A stretch of 64,000 nt of DNA. It comes from Mobula birostris (lineage: Eukaryota). Shown here piece after piece: positions 24,786 through 36,125 of this stretch. Where the stretch lies: NCBI RefSeq assembly GCF_030028105.1, contig NC_092393.1, forward strand, positions 52,896,125 to 52,960,124. Direction: 5' to 3'. The notes under the pieces are model-generated. The model was given only the letters and a program-made list of their open reading frames with translations, ran no database searches and was not told where the DNA came from. The translations under genes were made by a program, and so were the position numbers. Each line of letters starts with the position of its first letter. Within the stretch, counting starts at the first letter, position 1.

Positions 24786-24868
24786 ATGTATAGAAAGGAA
24801 TAAACAGTCGACGTTTCAGGCTGAGAAACTTCATCAAGTCCTGATGAACGAGCTCGGCCCAAAATGTC
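24786..24868 (-). repeat. Perfect 83-bp inverted copy of 24303-24385
   Basis: Exact reverse complement by direct comparison. Confidence 0.92.
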
Positions 24869-25104
24869 TTTAATTACTTCTCTGGTAAGGTCTGACAGAA
24901 ATTTGGGAGGGGGGGGAAATTGGTGACATTTCTTGTATACTGCATTTTACAGCTGTAGAGGTCCTGCTGAGATGTGTTTTTGAGAGTAGAGTGAAGTGAT
25001 GAGTTGGCAAATCAGGTATTAACTACTAAATTATGACAAATGTAATTGCCAATTAAGGAGACTTATTTGAGAGGTACTCAATTCATTCTCCACTTGTTTA
25101 ACGT

Positions 25105-25880
25105 CATAGAGTTGTACAATGCAAGAACAGGGCCTTTAGCCCACTACTTGTATACCTCTCCACACTAATTCCATTTGCCTGCCTTAAGTCCAAATCCTTC
25201 TATTACTTTCTTACTGCCTGCTACGCCACTGGCGTTGAGGGCAGCAATGAAAGCTCTCCATCTCTGTACCGTTACACTCGGATATACAAGGTTTCCATAA
25301 CAATTTTCTTTTTGACCAGTCAAAGTTGTTAGCCCTGAGCTGAACCCTCAAATCTGGAGGACTGGTGGACCACTCTTAGTCTGGCCTCTACCTGCATGGG
25401 TGACCCTACCAAGAGCCAATGCACAAGGCCCTGACTCCAGCCAACACAGGTCTCTGTCTACCTGTGTTGCCACTTTCAGGGAACTATGGACTTGAACCCC
25501 AAAGGTCCTCAGCTATCAATACTCCTTGGTGCCTAAATATTTACTGTATACTGTATGTCCTACTCCCTTTTGACTTCCCAAAATGCATTACTGCATTTGT
25601 CAAGGTTGAATTCCATCTGCCAATGCTCCTTCCGGATTCCCATCTGATCTATATCCTGCTGTAGCCTTCTGTAATCTTCCCTGTTTTCCACAACACCCAC
25701 TTCAGAGTCATCTGCAGACTTACTCATCATACCTTGTGCGTTCATATACAGTCATTAGTTTATGTAACAAGCAAAGGTCCCAGCACTAGTCTCTGTGGTA
25801 ACTCACTAGTTTCATTCTAACAATCTTAAAAAAATCCTTCCAATACTACCCCTTGTACCCAACTACTGTCTTGTATCCCC
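25105..25880 (-). mobile_element. CR1 fragment carrying a nested bipartite RTE element (25202-25455, -)
   Basis: ORF 25560-25745 SKSADDSEVG…WQMEFNLDKC; nested piece is the reverse complement of 9835-10073. Confidence 0.7.
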
Positions 25881-26049
25881 CGTCCTTTTGACTAAGAGAG
25901 AGAAGGAAAAAAAGACCTTATCTACTCTCTGCTCACCTCCTTACTGAAGCCTGACATTCAGTGAAGCCCTCACTTTGTCTCAGTAACAACACTTCCAGAT
26001 CACAGCATTTCTTAGAATGTCTTTTGCTAAACATGCCATACAATAACTA

Positions 26050-26390
26050 CTACGCTCCTTGACGAGATGGAGAGGCTTGTGGGTTCCTGAGATCCTAAAA
26101 TAGATGCTGTCTGGAGCTTACCATGGCGGTAAGGTCAAGGGGAGGTTCCAGCCAAAGAGCAATCCAACCAAGACTTCAGTGGTGAAGCTGGTGGACGGTG
26201 ATAACACATCACAACGGCAGTGAAAGCAGAGGAAGGCCGCAGCAGTGAAGTGTCCGCAGTCATCTTGCACTCCATGCCACTGGACCCTGACACCGATCTG
26301 TCAGGAACACTGTGATGGCTGCCTGTACATCAGTGTCCACACATTTAACAAAGTCAAGGGCTGACATTTCCTGTTAACAGGAATAACATC
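26050..26390 (+). mobile_element. RTE-type 5' region / non-autonomous element (related copy 52640-53010, -)
   Basis: ggtaaggtcaaggggaggttccag…agagcaatccaaccaagac shared in reverse with 52850-52900. Confidence 0.6.
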
Positions 26391-26603
26391 TTACTTGACT
26401 CCAGCACTACCATGCCGTAAAGTCTGCTTCAGAAACTTTACTGAAGTTGACTTAAGCAGTTCAAAAGCATATTAGTGTAACCTTGTAACATAGGGGATGG
26501 ACTTCTACCAGAATTCAGTCTTGTTCTGATCTGTTGATAGGTGAACGACTTGCGGATTTGTTATCACTAATGGGTTAAACATTTACCATTTTCTTTTTCA
26601 CAG

Positions 26604-26722
26604 GGGTGTCATTTAACAGTGTCTACACTCAGATTTGGCGTGTTCTGCTTCACCTGGCAGCAGATCCTTTCCCAGAGGTCTCTGACCTTGCTATGAAGGT
26701 GCTCAACAACACTGCTTATAAG
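26604..26722 (+). CDS. RPTOR: Raptor internal coding exon (119 bp): (G)VSFNSVYTQIWRVLLHLAADPFPEVSDLAMKVLNNTAYK
   Basis: Translation closely matches recalled vertebrate Raptor GVSFNSVYTQIWRVLLHLAADPYPEVSDVAMKVLNSIAYK; polypyrimidine acceptor ttttctttttcacAG (ends 26603), donor AAG|GTACGG; phase 1 in, phase 0 out. Confidence 0.96.
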
Positions 26723-27094
26723 GTACGGTGGACTATAATGGCATTGAAACCAAATGCTATAAAGCGTCATACTGGATTCCTGTCAAGCGCCAGATTTTGT
26801 GTTTCCATCTCAACCAGAAATTATGTGTCAGTCTGGTTCCCAAGTACATAACCTTTAAGATGGAACATTTAAAGAAGTAAATCTGAAGAAGTGCTATATT
26901 ATCTTTTGGATGAGCTGTAGATGATGATCGACATCATCTTTTGGTTCAGTTGAATGTGCAAAGATGTCACAACGTTATGTAAAATTTGTGCAGCTAGTTT
27001 TATCTACAGAATTGTCTGCAGTTCACAATGCAAGGTTCCTCTTTCATAGCAATGATTTATGATTAGGAAGCATGTTCCTTAAGTGCATATGAAT

Positions 27095-27710
27095 TAGCAG
27101 CAAGAGTAGTTAATCAGTTGCTCAAGCCTCCTCCGCCATTTAAGAAGATGACGGCTGAGCGGCTTCTGATCTTAATTCTGCAGTCCCATCTACACACAGT
27201 ACATTTTCACCCTCTTAGAAAGTATGTACAGTACCTATTTCCAACTTAAAGCCATTCAGAGAATCTGCTGTCACAGAGCTTTAAAATAGAGAATTCCAAA
27301 GGCTCATGGCCCTCCAAAAGAAAACAAAAATGCCTCACCTATTAGATTTTGGTGACCCTTTATTTTAAGCAGTGACCTCTGGTTCTAGATTTTCCCACAA
27401 GGGAAACATCCTCTCCAGTTAAGACCATAAGACATAGAAGCAGAATTAGGCCATTTGGCTGGCTGCTCGGCCATTTAGTCATGCTGATCAATTTCCCTCT
27501 CAACTCCATTCCCCTGCCCTCCCTGCCTTCATGACCAACTAATCAAGAACTTATCAACCTCCAGCTTAAATACACCCAGTGTCCTGGCCTCCACGGCCAT
27601 CTGCGGCATCGAATTCCACAGATTCACCACACTCTAGCTAAAGAAATTCCTCCTCATCTCCTTCCAAATTGACATCCCTCTATTCAGCCGCTGTGCTCTG
27701 GTTCTAGTTG
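27095..27710 (-). mobile_element. Two stacked CR1 3' ends
   Basis: accataagacatagaagcagaattaggccatt tail; gaattccacagattcaccac. Confidence 0.65.
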
Positions 27711-28686
27711 CACCCTGCCAAGATGCCTCAGGATCTTGTATGTTTCAGTCCACTGCCTCCGGTTTTAAACTTCGGCAGTGCTATCCTGGCTTGTCCAGCC
27801 ATTCCTCATAAGGCAGACTGTCCACTCCATATCTCAGGTCTGGCTTCTGAGGTATGCCAAATAATGCATCTGCTCAATAATTCATATCTCATATGTTTAT
27901 GTATGTGTACCCCTTACAATTTTAAATGCTTGCAAGAGGCAGTTAATTTTTATGACTCATCAGTTATAGTACTAATTCTGTCTTGCAAGAGAAAGTTACA
28001 CTAAAACACACAACTGTTCTTAAAGCTCAATATCCTCCCACAATCTGTTCACTAGAATTTTCCAGTAACTGTTGTTATGACTTCTTCCGATAAAATGAAT
28101 TTTGAGTACAAAATAGAAGCCATTCAACTTTTATTTTAAAAAAAATAAGTGGGAAGTTGTAATGAATGGCAGCAAAGATGCTAGAGTCACACACAAGTAG
28201 AATATGGGTTTCACAATTCTAGTGAGCCTGACCTCCAGTGCTGTCTGTGGAGTTCGCATGATCTTTCAGTGACCACATGGGTTTCCTCTGGGTGCTCCAT
28301 TTTCCTCTCACATCCCAAAGCTGTGAGTGCTGCTGGGTTAATTAAGCACAGTAAATTTCCCCTGGTGTGTAGATAAATGGTGCAAGATAGGGAGAATAAG
28401 AAATTGGAATCTGTATCAAGAGTGTTTGATGCCTCTAGGATCCCTACTAGTGTGTTTGGGAGAAGGAGCAGGGGAACTCACGGAAACCTATCAAATATTG
28501 AAAGGACAAGATAGAATGGATGTAGAGAGGATGTTTCCTATATTGAGGGGGTCGGGGACAAGAGGACATAGTCTCAGAATAGAAGAATGTCCCTTTAGAA
28601 CAGAGATGAGGATTTTCTTCAGACAGAAGGTGGTGAATCTGTGGAATTCATTGCCACAATGGCTATGGAGGCCAGGTCATTAGGTA

Positions 28687-30265
28687 CAGTTGCAAGAAAA
28701 TGTTTGTGAACCCTTTGCAATTAGCTGGTTTTCTACATTAATTACTCATAAAATATGGTCTGATCTTCATCTAAGTCAAGTAATAGACAAATGCACAAAG
28801 TGAACTAATAACACACAAACATTTGTACTACTCCTCATCAACACTGAGTACACCATTTAAACAATCACAGTCTATGTCTAACAAAGTATGTGAACCTCTG
28901 GGGTAATGCATTTTACAAAAGCTGTTTGAAGTCAGGTGTTCTAATCAATGCAATGAGATTGGATGTGTGGGTTGTTGAGGTGCCCTACCCTATAAAAAAA
29001 GACACATAACATCAGGTTACTACCAGAACCTACTCTTCTCAAGAAAGATGTATGTGCACCATACCTTGATCAAAACAGCTTTCAGAGGACCTTAGAAGAA
29101 GAATTGTAGAGATGCATGAAGCTGGAAAAGGTTACAAAATCATTTCTAAAGACCTGAGTGTTCATCAGTCCACAGTAAGAAATTGTCCAGAAACGGAGGA
29201 AATTCAGTACTATTGCTACTCTCCCTAGGAGCGGGAGTCCTGCAAAGATCACACCAAAAGCACAATGTACAATGCTGAAGGAATTGAAAAAGTACCCAAG
29301 GGGAACAGCAAAAGACCTGCAGAAATCTCTAGAACTTGTTCATGTGTCCACTATAAAAAACGCTGAACAAGAATGGTGTTCATGGAAGGACTCCATGGAG
29401 GAACCCACTGCTCTCCAAAAAAAAACATTGCTGCACATCTCAAGTTTGCAAAAGACCACCTGGATGTTTCACAATGCTTCTGGACAATATTCTGTGGACA
29501 GTTGATTCAAAAGTTGAATATTTTGGTAGAAATGCACACCGCTATGTTTGGAAGGAAAAGGGCACTGCACACCAACACCAAAACCTCATACCAACTGTGA
29601 AGCATGGTGGAAGAGCATCATGGTTTGGGGCTGCTTTGCTGCCTCAGGGCCTGGACAGCTTGCAATTGTTGAGGGAACAATAAATTCAGAATTGTATCAA
29701 GATATTTTATAGGAGAATGCCAGGGTAGTGGTCCATCACCTGAAAACTTAATAGAAGTTGACAACAGGACAAGGATCAAAAACATGAGTAAATTAACAAC
29801 AGACTGGTTTTTAAAAAAGAAAATTCATGTTTTGGAATGATCAAATCAGAATCCAGACTTTAACCCACATAAGATGTTGTGGCATGACCTGAAGAAGTCT
29901 GTTCATGCAAGGTATCCCAAAAATATTGATGAATGGAAACAGTTTTGTATGGAGGAATGGTCTAAAATTCCTCCTCACTGTTGTGCAAGTCTGATCAGCG
30001 ACTACAGAAAATGTTTGGTGGAGGTTATTGCTGCTAAAGGAGGTTCTGCAAGCTATTAAATACAAGGGTTTATATACGTTTTCCAACCCAGACTGTGATT
30101 GATTAAACAATGTGCTCAAAAAGACAAGAAAAGTACAATTGTTTGTTATTAGTTTAGGCGGATTGGGTTTGTCTATTGTTGTGACTTAGATGAAGATCAG
30201 ACCACATTTTATGAGTAATTAATGCAGATAATCACAAAGGGATCACAAACTTTTTCTTGCATCTA
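28687..30265 (+). mobile_element. Near-full-length Tc1 transposon (~1.6 kb), frameshifted transposase
   Basis: TA-flanked long TIRs cagttgcaagaaaatgtttgtgaaccc… / …gggatcacaaactttttcttgcatcta; fragments NILWTVDSKVEYFG, TVKHGG, LWHDLKKSVHAR…VIAAKGG. Confidence 0.93.
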
Positions 30266-30397
30266 TATTCTTAAAGCAGAGGTTGATAACTTTTAATCAG
30301 TAAGGGTGTCAAAATCGCAAAGGGATCACAAACTTTTTCTTGCATCTATATATTTAAAGCAGAGGTTGATAACTTTTAATCAGTAAGGGTGTCAAAA
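30231..30397 (+). repeat. 83-bp tandem duplication spanning the Tc1 right end and flank
   Basis: caaagggatcacaaactttttcttgcatctata…gtaagggtgtcaaaa occurs twice (from 30231 and 30314). Confidence 0.9.
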
Positions 30398-31603
30398 GTT
30401 ATGGGGAGAAAGCAGGAAAATGCTGTTGAGGGTGATAATGAATCAACCATGATGGAATGGCAGAGCAGACTCAATGGTCTGAACAGCCTAATTTTGCTCC
30501 TATGTTTTATGGGTACTTGGTGATAGGTCGAAGGGCTACTTTGCATGTTGTATGACTGTAAATTACTGGAATAATTGAGGTGTTCTGTAAATACCTCCGT
30601 GTCTTCAGTGGTGTCAGTCACTTATGTAAAAGAGTATTATCTTTATGTGAATTGTGTCCAAATGGATTGTGTCACTTTATACCAGAGCATAACTCACGGT
30701 TGTAACAATTATCTCCCTTTGTGATTGCTGCTGGGTAAATGTGTCTCCTGCACGAATGCTTCCATAATATTTCCTAAGGCTAATGGACTAAATGTGTGGT
30801 GAAGTGAGACAAGATCTGAATCAAATGACTGCTTTATTTCACAGCATGTGGATGTACAGAGTGCTGGTCACAATCAAAATTCCTTATCCCACTCAGCTTT
30901 ACTTAGCTTCCCATATTTTAGGGAAATAATGAATTTGACTTTGTATTTCTATTTTTTGAATTCAACCATTAGCAGACAGGATCAGATTGCTGGCCTTAAG
31001 CTCATGCATTCTGCATTCCAACTGCCTGCAGTATTTGCTTACAGGCCAACTGATTATCCCATCTGAGAGCTAAATCAGCCAAAAGATCCAACCAAAAAGA
31101 AGTCCTGCTGAGTTCTACTGACGGATTTGTCATAGAAGCAGAAGTGTTGAAGGATCACTAAAATGTTAAATTTTCTTTCATTGTCTCCACTAATCCTAAT
31201 TTAAATTTGTCAGCCCATTTGAGGGCAAGAGCCTAGTTCTATGGTAACGCCTTGATGCTGTAACCCTTGATTAGTAAGGGTGTTGAAGGTTACGGGAAGA
31301 ATGCAGGAGAAGGAGGTCGATAGGGAGAGAGAGAGAGAATAGCCATATCGGAATAGCAGAGCAATCTCAATGGGCCTAATAGCCCAATTCTGCTCCAACG
31401 CCTTATGGTCTGTAGGGAGGATGAAACTGAATTAATGCAGGATTAGTGTAATTGTTAGATGGTCAACCTGGGTGATTCAAACAACCTGATTCTATGCGGA
31501 ATTATCCTTTTTCTTAGACAGCAATGTGGTAATGGCCAGATAATCTATTGACCAAGTTAACTAGTTTTTAATTGAACTGATTGACATGATGTCATTTGCA
31601 AGA

Positions 31604-32490
31604 CGCAAACACGAGGAAATCTGCAGATGCTGGAATTTCAAGCAACACACACAAAGGTTGCTGGTGAACGCAGCAGGCCAGGCAGCATCTCTAGGAGAAG
31701 GTACAGTCGACGTTTCAGTCCGAGACCCTTCGCCAGGACTAACTGAAAGAAGAGCTAGTAAGAGATTTGAAAGTGGGAGGGGGAGATCCAAAATGATAGG
31801 AGAAGACAGGAGGGGGAGGGATGGAGCCAAGAGCTGGACAGGTGATTGGCAAAAGGGATATGAGAGGATCATGGGACAGGAGGCCCAGGGAGAAAGAAAG
31901 GGGGGGGATCCCAGAGGATGGGCAAGGGGTATAGTGAGAGGGACAGAGGGAGAAAAAGGAGAGAGAGAAAAAGACTGTGTGTATATAAGTAAATAACGGA
32001 TGGGGTACGAGGGGGAGGTGGGGCATTAGCGGAAGTTTGAGAAGTGAATGTTCATGCCATCAGGTTGGAGGCTACCCAGACGGAATATAAGGTGTTGTTC
32101 CTCCAACCTGAGTGTGGCTTCATCTTTACAGTAGAGGAGGCCGTAGATAGACATATTGGAATAGGATGTGGAATTGAAGTGTGTGGCTACTGGGAGATCT
32201 TGCTTTCTCTGGCGGACAGAGCATAGGTGTTCAGCGAAACGATCTCTATCCCATGATCCCCTCATATCCCTTTTGCCAATCAACTGTCCAGCTCTTGGTT
32301 TCATCCCTCCCCCTCCTGTCTTCTCCTATCATTTTGGATCTCCCCCTCCCCCTCCCACTTTCAAATCTCTTACTAGCTCTTCCTTCAGTTAGTCCTGACG
32401 AAGGGTCTCAGCCCGAAATGTCAACTGTACGTCTTCCTAGAGATGCTGCCTGGCCTGCTGCGTTCAGCAGCAACTTTTATGTGTGTTGCT
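31604..32490 (-). mobile_element. Penelope-like retroelement: GIY-YIG endonuclease C-terminus plus inverted pLTRs with hammerhead motifs
   Basis: ORF 32026-32304 RFAEHLCSVRQRKQDLPVATHFNS…RLEEQHLIFRLGSLQPDGMNI; ~240-bp inverted arms; perfect 14-bp TSD tgtcatttgcaaga (31590-31603, 32491-32504). Confidence 0.93.
32391..32427 (+). ncRNA. Minimal type I hammerhead ribozyme motif (best-preserved sense-strand copy)
   Basis: AGTC-CTGACGA-A-GGG tctcag CCC-GAAA-T-GTC-AACT: core CUGANGA/GAAA, stem II, GUC site, stem I with one mismatch. Confidence 0.7.
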
Positions 32491-32764
32491 TGTCATTTGC
32501 AAGATCTTGACCAGTTCTAGTGGTGTCAAAGGTTCTGGGGAGAAGGCAGGAGAATGGGATGGAAAGGGAAAAGTCAATTAGCTGTGTTTAAAAGGCGGAA
32601 TCGGCTCCATGGGCCGAGTGGCCTAAATCTGATCCTATGTCTTATTGTCTTTTGTTGTCTGATGATAATGTCCTTACCCAACACCATCTCCCCAGCCATC
32701 AGTAAAGCCACCGTTCTGGAAGCATTTTGAGAAATTTGACAGTGTGACAGGACTAAACTGATCT

Positions 32765-33660
32765 CTTAGAACATAGAACAGTACCATATATGAACAGGCT
32801 TTTCATCCCAAGACTCAAGTTTGTTTGTAACGTGTAAATCAAAACAAACAGTGAAATGAATCATTTGCATTAACAGCCAACACTCCAGAGGGTCACCACA
32901 CGTCCCTCCCACAATGTCTTTGCCAATCATGATGCAAAATTAAACTGCTCCCAGCAGTCTGCCCATGATCAATATCCTTATATGTTCATGTTTCTGTACA
33001 AATGCCTCTTAAATGTCACTGTTACATCTGCTTCCACTTGGCAGAGTATTCCTGGCACCAACCACTCTCTGTATATAAAAACTTGCCTGAGACGTCTTTA
33101 AACATTCCTCCCTCTAACATTAAAAGCTGTGTCAACTCCTATTTGACATTACCACCATGGGCAAAAGGCGTTGACATCTACCCATAATCTATCAAAATTA
33201 TGCGCCTCTTATAATTTTACAAACCTATATCAGGCCTTGTGGTCAGCCTCCCATGAGAGAGAACAATCTTAGTTTGTCCGACCTCTTCTTACAGCTAATA
33301 CTCTCTAATCCAGGTGGCATCTCAGTAATCCTCTTGTGCACTCTTGCCAAAACCTCCTCATCTTTCCTACATTGCAGAAACCAGAACTGCACAAAAAATT
33401 TCCAAATGTAGCTAGCAAAGTTTTACACAGCTGCAGTGTAATTTCTCAGTTGCAGTACTCACTGTCCAACCAATGAAGGCAAGCATGCCATATGCCTTCT
33501 TTACCACCCTATCTACTTGTGTTGCCACTTGTATATTTGGACCCCAAGATCAATGCTCCTAAGAATCCTGCCTTGTACATTTGACTTCTCAAAGAGTAAC
33601 ACCTTACTTGTCTGGATTAAACTCTGTCTGCCATTTCTCCACCAATTAGCTCTAACTCTA
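32765..33660 (-). mobile_element. Old CR1 3' fragment(s)
   Basis: agaacatagaacagt tail; ccagaactgcac, gccttctttaccacc motifs. Confidence 0.65.
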
Positions 33661-33729
33661 ATTGATCTGTCACATCTCAATGGACCGCATTTGCCTTGAA
33701 GTTCTGGATTGGCCTACCACATAGTACCT

Positions 33730-35195
33730 GGTCACATGTCTTACTATAGTTCATGTTGACAGCGGGAGGTGTGGAGAGGCATGAAGAACATCACTGGCTT
33801 CAATCAGCCTAGCTGTAGTGCCTCAGAATGCAACTGTGAATGGGCTAATGAGTTAAACCAGTTGTTCAATAGGTTTGCCAATGCCCTCCTGTTCACTCCC
33901 CCCTCAGCACACTAGCCCAAGGAACCCAATGCTCTCTCAGTACCAAAGTCTCCCTTCCTCGCCCCCCCCCCCCAGTTGAACATATGGATTAACAACACAG
34001 GCTACCACTGTCTCCGCCTCATCCTTCCCCTGCACCTACTGACTGCTGTTGTCTCGATCTTCACCTCCCTAGCCCCCACCTTCCACCAGCTCCCCAGTCA
34101 TCATGGACTTGTGTTCACTACTGAGCAGGTAAGGAGGGCTCTGGGGAAGCTCAGACACGGCAAAGTATTGGGACCAGATGGTGTGAACCCCAAGACCTTG
34201 AAGGAGTGTGCTGAACAGCTGTGTGGAGTTCTCTAGCACATTTTCAATCTGAGTTTCAGCCTGGAAGGGGCCCCAACTGTGTGAAAAACATCATGTGTGG
34301 ACCCAATACCCAAGAAGGGCCAACTGAAAGTGCTGAATGATTACCATCCAGTGGTGCTGACCTCACACATCATGAAGACCCTAGAGAGGCTGGTCCTGGC
34401 TCATCTCCGACCCCTGGTCAGATCAGTCCTCGATCCCTTGTAGTTTGCATACCAGGAGTACATAGGAATCAATGATGCTGTCATCTACCTGCTGAACCAA
34501 GCCTACTCCCATTTGGATAAGCAGGGTAGAACTGTGAAGATCAAGTTTTTTGACTTTTCCAGTGCCTTCAATAACATAAAGCCCTCATTGCTGAGGAAAA
34601 AGTTCCGTTCAATGCAGGTTGGTACTCCCATTGTATCCTGGATAATGGACTAACTGACTGGCAGACCACAGTTTGTGTGGTTCAGCGCTGTGTGTCAGAC
34701 ATGGCTATGAGCAGCACTAGGGCCTCAAAAGGACTTAATTGGCTTCCTTCCTGTTTACCCTGTATACCTTGAACTTTAGGTACAACACTGAGTCATATCA
34801 TCTGCAGAAACTCTCTAATGACTCAGCAATAGTTGGGTATATAAAGGGAGGACAGGAGAATAAATATTGGGCCCTGGTGGAGGACTTTGTCAAATGGTGC
34901 AAGCTGAATCATCTGCAGCTCAACGTCAGTAAGACAAAGGAGATGGTGATGGACTTTGGAAAGACTAAGCCTGCATTGCTCCCTGTTACTGTTGATGGTG
35001 AGGGCATGGATATGGTGAGAACCTACAAGTACCTGGGGGTGCACCTGGATGACAGACTTGAGTGGAGCACCAACACAGAGGCTGTGTAGAAGAAGGGTCA
35101 GAGTCACCTCCACATCCTGAGGAGACTGAGGTCCTTTGCAGTATCCAGGTCTCTCCTTCACATGTCTACCAGTCCCTACCAGTCTGTTGTAGACA
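33730..35195 (+). mobile_element. Rex1/Babar LINE, decayed RT
   Basis: GPDGVNPKTLKECAEQLCGV; LFTLYT…NDSAIVG…WCKLNHLQLNVSKTKEMVMDF…YKYLGVHLDDRLEW; tail resumes 36128-36222. Confidence 0.9.
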
Positions 35196-35384
35196 ATCCA
35201 GTGTGTCCAGTTTGACTCCTATAACAGAGCCAGCCTTTCTAATCAGTTTGTTGATGCCATTGCCCTAGCACACCACCACATAAAGCATTGTATTGCCAAG
35301 AACAGATCCAGTCTTTTTGATGGGTTTATTTAGTCTTTTTGCATCACCAGCACTGATGCTGCTCCCCCAACATAAAGCAGTATA

Positions 35385-36125
35385 CAGTTGGCCCTCCTTA
35401 TCCGCGGGGGATTGGTTCCGGGACGACCCCCGCCCCCCCCCCCCCGCGGATACCAAAAAACGCGGATGTTCAAGTCCCTTATTTAACCTGTCTCAGTGTG
35501 GTGGACTTTAGGACCCAGCAGAGCCCCGGACCTTATTTAACCTGTCTCAGTGCGGTGGACTTTAGGACCCGGTGAAGCTCTAAATCCATAGTGTTTCTGT
35601 TCACAAAAATAAACACGATCACGGTTGAAAATAAAGTGGAAATAATAAAGCCATTGGAAAGAGGTGAAAGGCCATCGGTCATTGGAAAAGCGTTAGGCTA
35701 CAGTCGGTCAACGATCGGAACAACTTTGAAGGATAAAGTGAGAAAGGCCCTGCCCTGATGAAAGCTACAATTATTACTAAGCAACGCAGTGGTAAACATT
35801 TGACTAACTGATGCTAAATAATACCAGATGTACCTGTTAGGACTTACTTAGTAAGAGAACTTCCAGTTTTTTTCCCCCAATNNNNNNNNNNNNNNNNNNN
35901 NNNNNNNNNNNNNNNNNNNNNNNNNNNNNNNNNNNNNNNNNNNNNNNNNNNNNNNNNNNNNNNNNNNNNNNNNNNNNNNNNNNNNNNNNNNNNNNNNNNN
36001 NNNNNNNNNNNNNNNNNNNNNNNNNNNNNNNNNNNNNNNNNNTGGAGAGAGAACTTCCAGGTTTTCCTGATCCACGGTTAGTTGAATCCGCACATGTGGA
36101 ACCCACGGATAAGGAGGGCCGACTG
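35385..36125 (+). mobile_element. Tigger/pogo non-autonomous element with HTH-psq/CENP-B remnant
   Basis: TA-flanked TIRs cagttggccctccttatccgcgg / ccacggataaggagggccgactg; 35621-35740 reads TVENKVEIIKPLERGERPSVIGKALGYSRSTIGTTLKDKV; internal ~54-bp tandem repeat 35478-35570. Confidence 0.9.
35882..36042. other. Assembly gap (161 N)
   Basis: N run. Confidence 1.

Larger units (their letters stand above)
28470..30512 (+). mobile_element. CR1 3' fragment split by a Tc1
   Basis: ETYQILKGQDRMDVERMFP…TRGHSLRIE…VVNLWNSLP; resumes after 30267. Confidence 0.8.

Noticed and set aside
26723-26851. ORF 26606-26851 continuing as VRWTIMALK…
   Set aside because: Raptor similarity stops at AYK, exactly at a GT donor; the rest is intron read-through
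31586-31996. 136-aa and other ORFs over the Penelope arms
   Set aside because: Chance frames through purine-rich pLTR sequence
35478-35570. Direct repeats with short spacer resembling a CRISPR array
   Set aside because: Only two units, inside a eukaryotic Tigger element; no cas genes
35850-36070. agagaacttccag repeated on both sides of the N gap
   Set aside because: Cannot separate a real internal repeat from a scaffolding overlap; ORFs across the Ns are meaningless
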